Source: Eledone cirrhosa
Taxonomy: Eukaryota
Length of the DNA: 64,000 nt
Reading direction: 5' to 3'
Assembly (NCBI GenBank): GCA_964016885.1
Contig: OZ024742.1
Location: 118,668,001-118,732,000, forward strand
The notes under the pieces are model-generated. The model searched no databases and was not told the origin of the DNA. It saw only the letters and a program-made list of their open reading frames with translations. Of this stretch, positions 13,841 to 25,770 are shown piece after piece (the stretch's first letter is position 1; each line of letters opens with the position of its first letter). The position numbers and the translations under genes were made by a program.

Positions 13841-14020
13841 TCAATTTCTCCTGACCATAAATAAGAAGTTCACTTTGCAACCATGTGATTTGAGGTTTTT
13901 CGCTTTTGTCAAGTGTCATCTACTGACCAGTGCTTTTTGAGAGTAGAGTTTGGTAAATCAAAATTGTATGGAAGCTCCTGGGATATATAAATATATAATG
14001 TATATATGTATCATATACAT

Positions 14021-14116
14021 ATGTTTATTTGGTTTAGAATAGGCACACTATATTTCTGCATGTTGTAAGAGGCAACTAAAACAGTTGGTGTCAGGAAGGA
14101 CATCTGGCTGAAAAAC
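14021..14116 (+). ncRNA. Candidate hatchet-like ribozyme element (copy 2)
   Basis: TGTTTATTT-GGTTTAGAAT-AGGCACA...GTTGT-AAGAG-GCAAC-TAAAA...GTTGGTGTCAGGAAGGACATCTGGCTG. Confidence 0.4.
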
Positions 14117-14140
14117 TGCTTTGAAAAGGACCCCATTATT

Positions 14141-14320
14141 AGTTTGGCAGTATCGGTAGAGGGTCGGACGCCATGCTTTGACGCATAGAGTTACGGCCCT
14201 TGCCATTCTGAGTTCAAATCCCGCCGAGGTTAACTTTCATCCTTACGGGGTCGATAAAATAAGGTACCAGTAATGTAGGGATAATTGCTGGCCTTGTGCC
14301 AATAGTAGAAACAATTATTA
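14141..14320 (+). mobile_element. tRNA-derived SINE
   Basis: TGGCAGTATCGGTAGAG (A box), GAGTTCAAATCCC (B box), conserved core and GGCCTTGTGCCAA tail. Confidence 0.8.
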
Positions 14321-17300
14321 GTATATGTGTGTATGTGTCTGTTTATGTTTTGTAACTTAGTAGTTTGACAAATAGAGATAGTTGAAATAAGTAATATAAT
14401 TGACTAAACCCTTGAAGTTGATTTCTCAGCATGACCACAGACCAGTGAAGGAAACCAGTAAACCAATGAATAAACGTATTGTTTATAATTCTAAATCTGG
14501 GAATGAATACAATGAAAATAATTTTTGTTGACTGTTTGTTGCATCATTAGAGGGCTGCATTGAATATTTTTTAATAAAAGATTCTTTAGCTCTTGTTGAA
14601 GAAATTGAAGAGGTTTTAACCCTTTACTCTATATTTACTATTGTATTTATTTCACATAATTATCTCATAATATTGAATTTAAAAGATTTTGATATTCATT
14701 TTGAGAACAATACCTTAACATAAACAGCTGGTTATGGCTGATTTGGACAAAGAGGGCGAGAGAATTCTGGTCGGATACAGATGGTTTAGTTTCTCAAGGG
14801 TTAAAGAATAAACAAGAGTTACAATTTCTTAAAACAAAAAAAAAAAATAAATAAATAAATAAATAAAAGCAATTTTATATTAAATGTTCTAAAACCTAAA
14901 TGTAGTAATAAATGTGGAAATCTTAAATGACAACTAAATTGGAGTGGTAAAGCAGTTTAAATGGGTCAGGATGATAATTTCTATCAGTTGAGTAACTGTA
15001 TATCTACCAACTGATGCACTCTAGGTGGTTGGAGTCCTAATTTTAGCAGACCTTATGTCACAGTAACAGGCATGATAGTGGCAAAGATAATTTTGGTATC
15101 AGTGAAATTAAACAGAAACTATTGCTTTCCTCCTTATGAATAGATTATTAATGTATAATCTCTTTCCAGATTTAAAGACTCTCTACTTTGTGGAAATATT
15201 TCTTTTATTAATTATGAAACTTCAGCCCAGTGTCTGAACAGAGATTTATTATAAATCCACAAAAAGTATATTGTTTGGTGTGTTATCTTGCCTTAATCAG
15301 AGTTTTTTTATAGGTTAAATCACTGTCATTTTATGCTACTATCTAGAAATGTATATTTCTATTATTTCTATTTTTAATATTGCTTTTATAGTGTTTGTTA
15401 TGAAAATGATGTTTACAGCAAATACTAGTGTACAGCTGGTAACATTCCCAGAAGATCTTGTATTTATTCTCTGCAGTTTGTTAAGCTGTAGCATGTTAAG
15501 TTTGCTGCCTAGATACATAACAAAATGTCCACAGCAGGTATGAACTTACAACCTGGCTAAGCAGTGAGGAAGTTTATTTTACAATTATGTGGTTGCAGGT
15601 ATAGCCTTTGTAAGTGATATTTAGAATACAAAAATTGTATGAAAGTCTGTTATGAGTGTGTGTCCATGCATGTGCATGTGGAAGATATATTACAAACATA
15701 GTACTAATAAATTGATGTAACAAACAAGTATACTCAGTAGTATTTGTTCACCAGAGTTGCACTGACACTCTTGAAATTCTGGCCATCAGAATTGCAGTGA
15801 ACTAGTAATTGGCCCATTTGAAAACTAACCAATATTATTGTTTACAAAATCATGAAATACAATTATATAAATAACTCATGTAGCCGATATCAAATATTTT
15901 ATCCACTTGGACATTTTTCTGTTTCACAAGATCTGTTCAGTAATAAAGCAGAGGGTTATAAAAAGGTTATTTTCATCTTGGCTACATTAAATTGCAAATT
16001 AGCCATAATACAGGAGCATATTAAAGAGTTTACAACTTAGTCTTTCTTCCTTTTGGGATTGATAAATAAAGTACTGGTCTAGGGAGCAGTGGATTCATGG
16101 AATTGTTAGAGAGTTGGACATATTGCTTTGTTTTATCCGATCTAGCTCTTGTGCCATTCTGAGTTCAAATCCCACTTCCTTCTGCCAGGAGCTACAACCA
16201 ACAGATAGTATCAGCAATGGAAAAACCAATGAAAACATTGTTTCCTTGGTCTTATCTAATGATTACTTCTTTTCTTTTTCTATTATATAACAAGGGTGGT
16301 GGATTGGCAGTATCAATAGAGTGTTGTACAAAATGCTTTGCAGCATTTAGTTAACAATTTTCTATGTTCTGAGTTCAAATCCCACTTATTTCATCCTTTT
16401 TGGACTGTTAAAATAAAGTACCAGTCACATACTTGGGGTCAATGTAATTGACTTCCACTCCCAAAAATTGTTGGCCTTGTACCTAAATTTGATATAATTA
16501 TATAACTAGCTGAGGCTGCATCAAATAGGTGCACATGCTGAGATCTGTTCAAAGTCTGAGGTGTCTAGAACTTCAATCTGCCACTTGTTCTGTGAAGTTT
16601 CCAAAAACAAGCTATTTTGAAGCACCGTAAAGAGCACTTCTGCTCAGCATACGTTTTTTTGTTGTTTTTTTTTGTAGTTGAATACTTCATCTGTTCTGAA
16701 GATTGGCATAAACTTGTACTGAAAATTGACTGATGTTTTCCGTTCATATATTTACTTCATTGATTAGCACCCTGAGGCTTCCAAGATATATGCATTTCTC
16801 CTCTATATGCACTATCTGGTTAATGGTGCTTCATATAAACTTTTCCTGAAGCAAGCTGAACCATTTTTCTATGTTTTTCTTTTCTTTTCTTTATGTTGTT
16901 TTCCATATTATGACAGTAGCTCCAAACTTTTTGTAGGCAGTAGAAAATTTGTCAATGTTGCACAGCATATCAGAATCTGTAATGGTGTTTGTCATGACCT
17001 GGAATCTTGTTTGAGTCATCTAGTCTAAATCATTACTATTTATATCAATATCAATGTGTTACTACTTTTGTTGTAGTTGTTTTTGTTTATCATTATTATT
17101 GTATTTAACATGTTCTATCATGTTGTCTTGGGTTAACAGTTTGTCATAAAATATTGTCAGTTACTGTGATTCATAGCCATCTGATCCATGAGACTCAGCA
17201 TCCGAGTATCATTTGGTTCATAGTTACAAATTAGAAATACTAATGGATGATTAATGCTATTGACTTCAGGATTGGAGGAATGGGGAATTGTGAGGCTATT

Positions 17301-17355
17301 AGTAACTTAAATGATGTGAAATAGCTCTATCTACCTACCTTAAACAACTTGAACT

Positions 17356-17356
<1 letters not shown>

Positions 17357-17415
<59 letters not shown>
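17357..17415. repeat. (TA)n(GA)n compound microsatellite
   Basis: Direct reading. Confidence 0.9.
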
Positions 17416-17418
<3 letters not shown>

Positions 17419-17619
17419 GGATAGACATGGGCTCTGTAAACCACAAGGAAGACAGTCCATCTAAGAGAGCAGTTCCTCCAAATAAATAAGACTGCGTAGT
17501 GTAGGCATGAATTCTGTTAGACAAAGTGAAGGGAACCTGTCTAAGAGAGCAGTTACTCTGAATTACAACTGACATAGGGAAGGGAAGCCTCTTAATCCTT
17601 CAGCATTTACATTACTCTA

Positions 17620-19120
17620 TCATCATCATCATCATCATCATCACCGTTTTACGTCCGTTCTTCCACGCTAGCATGGGTTAGACGGGTTGTCCTGTTGTGG
17701 GCAGTGTCTGGTCGGCTGACCATGCCTTGCTCATACAGGAACTGATCTGGCTTGATTTCTACAGCTGGATGCCCTTCCTAACACCAACCTCATTTACAGT
17801 GAGTGCTGGGTGCTTTTTCGTGGCGCCTACACGTCCACTTTACAGTGTGGGCTGGGTGCTTTTTTGCCGTGGCACCTCCACGGCCACCTTGCGGGGGGGG
17901 GGGGGGGGGGGGGGGGCATATTGTTTATATGCTTCAGCATGTACCCATGGGAGGTCGGGTACCCTGTATTACTGCGTGACGCCAGAAGTCACGGTCGTGT
18001 GTCATTGACTTTGAGAGGTGTAGTTGGGTAAGGTCGGCTTTTATCACCTCATCCCACGTCATCTTGGGTCTCCCCACTCCGCGGTTTCCATCAACTTCTA
18101 GTGCTCTGCACCTTTTTATGCAGCTGTCATCCTTCATACGCATCACATGTCCATACCAGCGTAACCGCCTCTCCTGCACGCAGCATTTGATTCCTCTTAT
18201 GCTCAGTCTCTCTCTCAATTCATTTATGCTTTGTCGTTCACGTATATTACTGTTACACATCCATCGGAGCATGCAGGCTTCGTTTCTCTCTAATCTACGT
18301 AAGTCTTCCACCTTCAGCGCCCAGGTCTCACTACCATGCAACATCGCTGTTCGGATACACGCATCATACAGTCTGCCTTTCATTCTGAGGGAGAAGCCTT
18401 TTGCAGCTAGCAGTGGTAGTAGTTCCCTAAACTTCTTCCATCCCGTTCTTACCCTAGTTATTGTACTTTCTGAGCACCCACCTCCGTTGCTAATTCGGTC
18501 ACCTAGGTAGCAGAAGCTGTCTACTGTTTCTACAGGGCCCTCCCAGAGATTGGTGGTACTTGTTTCCTGTGGCTGTTTGCTTGCTGTTTCAGCACAGCTG
18601 CTGCATGTGAATCCTACATTCTTAATTAAGCTTCCTGAGATCCCGCTACATCTCTTGTGTACCCATTGTTTGCATTTGGGGCAAAGAATGGAGTTCCTAC
18701 CTACACCTTTCCTACATACTGAGCAAGGCCATTTCCCTGAGGGGATCTGGGTTCTGTTTTCTCGTCTACTTATAAGGACCTTAGTCTTTGTCATGTTGAC
18801 TTTGAGGCCCTTTCTCTCTAGTCCCTGCTTCCAGGTTTGGAATTTATTCTCTAGTTCTACCATAGATTCAGCTATGAGTGCGAGGTCATCAGCATACAGG
18901 AGTTCCCATGGGCATCCGGTCTTAAACTCCTCCGTTATTGCCTGCAGGACTATGATGAACAGGAGAGGGCTAAGAACAGAGCCCTGGTGGACCCCAACCT
19001 GTACGCTAAATTCCTCGCTATACTCATTGCCAATCCTAACTTTGCTGACTGCTCCCCTATACATGGCTTGTACCGCTTTCACAAGCCATTCATCTACTCC
19101 TAGTTTTCTAAGAGCCCACC
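17620..19120 (-). mobile_element. RTE LINE subfamily B, 5'-truncated, inserted in a MITE family 1 copy (17592-19259)
   Basis: ORF 17934-19082 with GVHQGS, YADD, C4HC3 finger and RRLRWYGH; ~310-bp 3' UTR; (CAT)n at 17620; MITE halves on both sides. Confidence 0.92.
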
Positions 19121-19276
19121 TATATATTATATTTTGATACTATTTATTTTGAGAAGAATACCTTAACATCAGTATGAGTGGCTGGTTGCAACCAATTTGA
19201 ACAGAAAGAGGTGATAGAATTCTGGCTGGTTATGGTCAGTTTAAATGCTAAAAAGTTAAGTCCTGTCAGACAACCC

Positions 19277-19470
19277 CGCTAGTATTGGTGGCATGATAAA
19301 ATGCACCCAGTCCACACTGTAAAGTAGTTGGTGATATGAAGGGCATCCTGCCAAAAATTATAGAAAGCACAACCTATAACATTCATACTAACTGCACTTG
19401 CAATATTTGGAGAAAAGCTGTGCTTGAAAAGACCCTTCCAACCCATACAAACATGGAAAAACCGATGTAG
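19277..19470 (+). mobile_element. SINE-like repeat with GCACCCAG..CTGTAAAG unit, GAAGGGCATCC box and RTE-type tail
   Basis: Same modules at 27305-27640 (-), 29957-30350 (-), 31175-31480, 35740-36385, 36590-36880 (-), 55420-55655 (-) and 59735-60040. Confidence 0.6.
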
Positions 19471-19513
19471 AAAGCATATATGATATATCATCATTTTACG
19501 TCCACTTTTTCAT

Positions 19514-19551
<38 letters not shown>

Positions 19552-19708
19552 TTTTCCTCTTAAAGTACTGTACAGTCGGTCAATGGCATGACACCAATTA
19601 AAATACATTTGGCTCTATGTAATTTCAAATTTACGGATAAAATATGAAACATTAAAGAAATTTGTCAACAGTAACTTGACACAATTTAATCTTCCATGTA
19701 TTTTTTTT

Positions 19709-19711
<3 letters not shown>

Positions 19712-19786
<75 letters not shown>
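19712..19786. repeat. (TC)n(TA)n microsatellite
   Basis: Direct reading. Confidence 0.9.
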
Positions 19787-20169
19787 CACCCTATGACCTC
19801 TCTGTCTTTTAATATATTTCTCTTCCTTTCACTCTAACCCCTCTCTCTCAACATAAGGATATTAGCATTGACTTCATTTTACTCAGTAAGTGTTACATTC
19901 TCTAAAATAACAAATCTGATTATGTTAATGTATGTCATCTGATACCATCAAAATGATACTTAAAGATAGAGTATCAGTTCTATTTTGTTAGTTATCCCCT
20001 ATATAATTCATCATTATGGCATGTGAACAGCGGCCAATTAACTTGCTTCATATTTCATTTTCTATGATATGACATATTGTATTAATTCTTGCTGTTAGTT
20101 TTGATTTATAGAATTAATGTTTTGTTTCAGAGTTGTACTTGCCAATGGCTTGATCTGTGACTGTTCAAA

Positions 20170-20410
20170 CTAAAACAATTACATCATAGAAGCCATTTTA
20201 GTAATTTAAAAATACACATAAAAACTGTTAAATTTACTTTATATATATCATTTATTTCATGGTGTTAAAATTTTGAATCTGTATCAATGAACAAGTTGTA
20301 AACAGTGTGGTGGAAATTTTAACACCAAGAAATATATGGTAGATGTAATTTAATAGTTTTGTGTGTGTTTTTGAATGGATAAAATAACTTCTATGTTTTT
20401 GTGTTTTTAA
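20170..20410. repeat. Degenerate foldback (palindromic) MITE
   Basis: Arms AAAAATACACATAAAACTGTTAAATT...ATTTCATGGTGTTAAAATTT / AAATTTTAACACCAAGAAAT...AATTTAATAGTTTTGTGTGTGTTTTT; shorter relative near 57195-57340. Confidence 0.55.
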
Positions 20411-20836
20411 TTATATGATATATATATCAATTTTTTTTTAAAATTACTAATTGTTTATAGGGTTGTCTAGAAAATCATTTAATTTTATAACTTTAGTCAT
20501 GTTTTCATTGCAATAGAGTATTTAAACCTTTGATGTAACACTATTTTGGAATTGTTGAAGTATCATAGGAAACAAAAACTACAGGGATTCTCCAGTGTGT
20601 CTTCCTAGTAAGAACTCTTTTAAGATATATATGTAAGAAGTACAATGTTATTTAGTAGTGTAACATAGGATTGAATGTTAAAGAACTGCTACTCTATTTC
20701 TAATGAAACACTGCCTATGAGTTTCAAATAATTTTGAAAATAATCAAGAATTTGATAGAATTTAGTAATATAATTAACTTTCTCATTATGAAGCTGGTGT
20801 TTGGAACATAACTTAACAAAAGTTTTTTATATAAAA

Positions 20837-21179
20837 CTAGATGAGGGCGATGTCTTCTCCCTTTCTCTCTCACACCCTCACACACTCTCTCTCTAAACAA
20901 ATGACATTCCTTTTCTCTCGATATATGTACATCTCTTTCGCTTGGCGCTCCCCCTCTGTCGTCTTCTCCCCACACACACACACTCTCTCTCTGTAAACAA
21001 ATGACGTTCCTTTTCTCTATCTCGCTCCTCCCTCTATATAAATGAGGGCAATGTCATAACATTTTGTCTATCTCTTTCTGTCACCTCAAAAACACACGGC
21101 AGCGTTCCCATTTCTCTCTATATAAATAAAGTGAGCATGATAGACGAACAGACAGACAGCGCTCTTATTATAATATAGA
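20837..21179 (-). mobile_element. Non-autonomous Helitron nested in a MITE family 2 copy
   Basis: The minus strand begins A|TCTATATTATAATAAGAGCGC and ends CTAG|T; no TSD; MITE sequence resumes on both sides. Confidence 0.7.
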
Positions 21180-21627
21180 TTTTAAAAATAAATATAAACA
21201 TACTAAAATAAGCAGCTTTGTGTGATAGAACCAGAGGTAGTTTCAGGTGGTTTGGTATCAAAGGGGTTAAATGAGGTTCACAAATAAATGTTCAGCATTA
21301 ATTCCCAAGAATGATTTAAGTGCAAATGTAACTGCACCTATCTAGGTATGGTTTTCAAATGAATGTTTAATGGGAATGTGTTGTCAATTGAGGTGGAAAG
21401 TATCTGAACCAAAAGTAGCCTGTACTGTTGGTTCAGTCAGATATACTCCTTCTAAAAAGTCTGGCCATATATTCAGTATATTTTGTTATAGTTTTATGGG
21501 TCAGTAGAACTAGACAATTTGCAGTATCTGCGTTCCAATTCATGCCTTAGTCAACTTTGTCTTTATTCCTGCTGGAGTTGAGGAAATAAGGTCTAAGATG
21601 AATTAAAGTAAAACCCTTTCCATACAA

Positions 21628-22467
21628 TGATCCTTGGCGCACCTCCTTACTCACTGCTACCAAAGCTGAGCTGGCTACATGCAGGAGTGATCTTTGGAGC
21701 ACCTCCTTACTCACTGCTACCAAAGCTGAGCTGGCTACATGCATGAGTGATCTTTGGAGCTCCTCCTTACTCACTACTACCAAAGCTGAGCTGGCTACAT
21801 GCATGAGTGATCTTTGGAGCTCCTCCTTACTCACTGCTACCAAAGCTGAGCTGGCTACATGCATGAGTGATCTTTGGAGCTCCTCCTTACTCACTGCTAT
21901 CAAAGCTGAGCTGGCTACATACATGAGTGATCTTTGGAGCTCCTCCTTACTCACTGCTATCAAAGCAGAGTTGGCTACATGCATGAGTGATCTTTGGAGC
22001 TCCTCCTTACTCACTGCTACCAAAGCTGAGCTGGCTACATGCATGAGTGATCTTTGGAGCTCCTCCTTACTCACTGCTATCAAAGCAGAGTTGGCTACAT
22101 GCATGAGTGATCTTTGGAGCTCCTCCTTACTCACTGCTATCAAAGCAGAGTTGGCTACATGCATGAGTGATCTTTAGAGCTCCTCCTTACTCACTGCTAC
22201 CAAAGCTGAGCTGGCTACATGCATGGGTGATCTTTGGAGCTCCTCCTTACTCACTGCTATCAAAGCTGAGCTGGCTACATGCATGAGTGATCTTTGGAGC
22301 TCCTCCTTACTCACTGCTATCAAAGCAAAGTTGGCTACATGCATGAGTGATCTTTAGAGCTCCTCCTTACTCACTGCTATCAAAGCAGAGTTGGCTACAT
22401 GCATGGGTGATCTTTAGAGCTCCTCCTTACTCACTGCTATCAAAGGTGAGTTGGCCACCTACATGAG
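21628..22467. repeat. 60-bp minisatellite, 14 units, derived from CRE-like retrotransposon coding sequence
   Basis: Unit TGATCTTTGGAGCTCCTCCTTACTCACTGCTAYCAAAGCWGAGYTGGCTACATGCATGAG; homologous to 28628-28680. Confidence 0.95.
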
Positions 22468-22802
22468 TGGCTGTTTCAAACCGTATTCCAAGTCAATGCT
22501 TTCTCCATTCTGTCCACTGGGAGCACGAGGCAGCTTGTATCTGAAGTTCTTCACTCCAGAGAGCATTCTTCCACACTGTCTGGGCTCATATCATTGGTGT
22601 AATGGTGCTTGAGTATTCTTTCTCGTGTTTTCACTGTATTTGTTATCTATGGTACTTTTGTGTTTATTAAAGATATTAAGAATCTATAAGTAGGACTACA
22701 ATTGATGTGCTCTAATCTTTTTCCAATTTCATAATTTGAAGAAATAACCAAAAATGTATCAAATGAAAACAAAAAGCTAGGATTTTTGCAGATCCCAGTA
22801 TT

Positions 22803-23240
22803 TTAATCCTTTTGTTACCATATTTCTAATGTTTCGATTAATTTTGAAAATACTCAGATATGTAGGAATTCAGTAAAATAACTTTCTCATTATTAAGCTA
22901 ATGTTTGGAATATTAGTTGACAAAAATTTCTGAACCCTTTATCATTTACATTACTCTATATATACTATTGTATTTTCAGGATAAGGGCTTTATCTCGCAT
23001 AATATTGAATCTAGATTTTTATATTATTTATTTTGAGAACAATAACTTAACATCAGTATGAGCAGCTGGTTACAGCTGGTTTGAACAGAAAGAGGTGAGA
23101 GAATTCTGGCCGGATATGGCCTAAAGGGTTAAATGAAATTATGATGAAAGGTTTTAATATAAGTATGAACTTTTTAAAATGAGTAGTTTTGTATCGTAGA
23201 GCCAGGACAGTTTCAAGCAGGCTGGTATCAAAAAGGTTAA
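22803..23240 (+). mobile_element. MITE family 2 with MITE family 1 nested inside (22931-23132)
   Basis: TTAATCCTTTTGTTACCATATTTCT ... GGTATCAAAAAGGTTAA outer ends; inner family 1 sequence. Confidence 0.7.
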
Positions 23241-23637
23241 TGTATTTTCCATTGTTGTTTAACTACCAATATCTGAAGGAAACTGTGTGCATGTATTTCC
23301 ATTGACTTTGGTTTTTGTATAATCCATATTTCTGTTGCATTCTGGGTTTCATCTCTTTGGTTTTGAATTTGATATAATCCATCGTGAACTTGAAATTCTC
23401 AGCTTCCTAATAATATCTGAGATACCAGAATGAACACTAAAGCAAAGAGTTCAACAAGGAAACTGGATGACACTTAGGTGTGTTGAATTGAGGAACTATG
23501 GTTGTAGTGTGTGTGTGTTTCAGTATCACCATAAACTAGATGTGAGCCTTCCATGAAGTTTTCTACTCAATTTGTTTATCAGTTGAAGCTATTTTAGTTA
23601 AGTTTTGAAGGAATGTACCAATATCACTACAATACTG

Positions 23638-23820
23638 TGTGTATCCAGTTTAAAATAAGTAGATAATATCCCTGTGTGTCAGCAACTAAAAGAGGTGGCA
23701 CCAGAAAGGAAACCCGACTGTAAAACTTGTCTCATTATAGTCTCACTGATGAACATGAAACGTATCGGTGAGCTCGCAAGGTTTAACCCCCTTTAGCAAA
23801 GAAGATGGCCTTAAAATGAT
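23638..23820 (+). mobile_element. Short bipartite element: candidate ribozyme head plus RTE-like tail (copy 3, complete)
   Basis: GTGTATCC-AGTTTAAAAT...ATCCCTGTGTGTC..CAACTAAAAG..GGCACCAGAAAGG...GTAAAAC ... AACCCCCTTTAGCAAAGAAGATGGCCTTAAAATGAT. Confidence 0.5.
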
Positions 23821-24029
23821 TGGTGTTGTATGTATATCACTATAATTAATCTGTTATTGGTGTTGCATTGTGTCTGTAGATAGTAATCAACTGTAAATAG
23901 CTTAGTCTAAGCAAGTTGTAAATTGGTTCTATGTGGTGAAGGAAAAGTGTGAATATCACAGCTAAACTGACTAGTTTCCCATCTGAATGAACCTGGGAGG
24001 TTGATCATTTATGAACTTACAACTCTAAA

Positions 24030-24220
24030 CATAATTATTTCTACTTTTTAGCACAAGGCCAGCAATTACCCCAGTGCATGACTGGTGCTTTAATCTATCA
24101 ACCCCGTAAGGATGAAAGGCAAAGTTAACCGTGGCGGGATTTGAACTCAGATCATACAGGGCCATAACTCTATGCTGCAAAGCATGGCATCCGACCCTCT
24201 ACCGATACTGCCAATCCACC
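24030..24220 (-). mobile_element. tRNA-derived SINE with flanking ~15-bp duplication
   Basis: Reverse complement of the 14141 family; ACTCTAAACATAATT at 24022 and at 24221. Confidence 0.8.
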
Positions 24221-25681
24221 ACTCTAAACATAATTGTTTCTACTTTAGGCACAAGGCCAGTAATTACCCAGTGCATTGGTCAAGCAATAGTGTTCTTGTT
24301 GCCTTCAATATTTACAATGTTGAGTTGAAACTTCACATGGTACCTATTAAAAACATCTAGACCATTTAGAGTTGAGTGCTTTGGCCATAGACACAATGCT
24401 GTACCAGTAACAGGATACTATAGAGACACTTTGAAATATTAGCTATCAACTACCAACTAACTTTTTCTGTGTATACCTACCCCCCCCCCCTCTCTCTCTC
24501 TCTCTGTATGTATATCTGTCCCTATGTGTGTGTGTGTATCTATCTCCATCTCTCTATGTTGTGTGTGTAAGTATATCTCTGTCTCTCTTGATATATATGT
24601 GTATCTATCCTCATCTCTATATGTGTGCGTGTATATATACATTCACAAGCATTGTACTATTATGGCTTTTCAGAAAACTCATTTCTGTTGTTACTTCCTG
24701 AAAGTATGTGGTCAAAGTTTATATGTATATATCTATATTCTATCTTTCATTGTTTTCCCTTTCGTTTTCTGCCTCTCTTCCTATCCCTCTCTTTCTGTCT
24801 CTGTCTCGTGCATATAAACACTTACAAACTAGAATTATACTATACTGCATTGTTTAGTTGGGAAGATAAGCATATCCTTTATGTACTTCATAAGTAGCAA
24901 TTTTGTTGCTCTTTCTTTACTAGCTTCGTTTTTGCCTTTAGAGGTCATTTCCTTTTTCTCTAATGGATATTACTCATCACACCAATATTGAAAAAAATGT
25001 GTGACTAAACTACTCAGAATATCTTCAGTGTAAAATAGTTTTCAATTCAGATATATATATATTTATCTTAATTCAAGATAAAAGTTTAATTTTAAGTACA
25101 GAAGCAATATGTGAATATATTTAACAATATGTCCTGTAGAATGTTTGGTATGTTTCAATAATTTTTTTTTTTTTTCTGTTTATAACTGTTTATGAATTAT
25201 TATATCTAATGTTTTAAAATGATGCCAGTAAATAAAAAAGCTAAATGTAAAGCTTGGTATTGGTGATTAAAACTGCAGTTCTCTTTTTTTAAAATAGTTT
25301 ACTTTAGTAGATTTTACAAAGTTTAATATTGTTGTCGATGAGGACTATCTCTTTTTGAAATTGTGATAGTTTTAATGAACTCATTCAGCAATCCTGATAC
25401 ATCAATTTAGTATAAACTGTTTTTGTATTTCATGTGAAATTTCATAGTTATTTAAGGACAGCTTTTGTTGCTTTTTTCTTTCTGTTGATATATCAACAGG
25501 TTTCTCATATTTCCCTCTCTCAATCTGTGTGTCTGTGCATATAAATGTATATTTGTATTCACAGAATCATCAGAATGATCCTGCGAATGCTTAGGTGAAA
25601 CTCTAGAGTAACAAAGGTTACCACTTAGCCATTAACTCTACTTTGGATTTGAGTACTTTTTATCATGGCCATCAATAATAC

Positions 25682-25685
<4 letters not shown>

Positions 25686-25770
<85 letters not shown>
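25686..25770. repeat. (TA)n microsatellite
   Basis: Direct reading. Confidence 0.9.

Noticed and set aside
14141-14230. tRNA genes at SINE heads
   Set aside because: A/B boxes are present but there is no complete cloverleaf, and they continue into repeated SINE bodies.
17934-19082. Active autonomous retrotransposon or domesticated RT gene
   Set aside because: The copy is 5'-truncated within RT and has no endonuclease; all other copies have stops or frameshifts.
18064-19137. Long antisense ORFs over the RTE copies (also 6223-6771, 34488-35144 and 40914-41546)
   Set aside because: They are shadows of RT coding frames with no recognisable domain.
21628-22467. CRISPR-like array or repeat-protein gene (ORFs 21547-22164 and 21743-22177)
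   Set aside because: The units are contiguous with no unique spacers, the context is eukaryotic, and the ORFs arise from the 60-bp period; TAG stops occur in some units on the + strand.
23746-23775. Minimal hammerhead ribozyme (CTGATGA-ACAT-GAAAC)
   Set aside because: Stem II is absent, stems I and III do not pair in the required register, and the motif is missing from the homologous copy at 39371.
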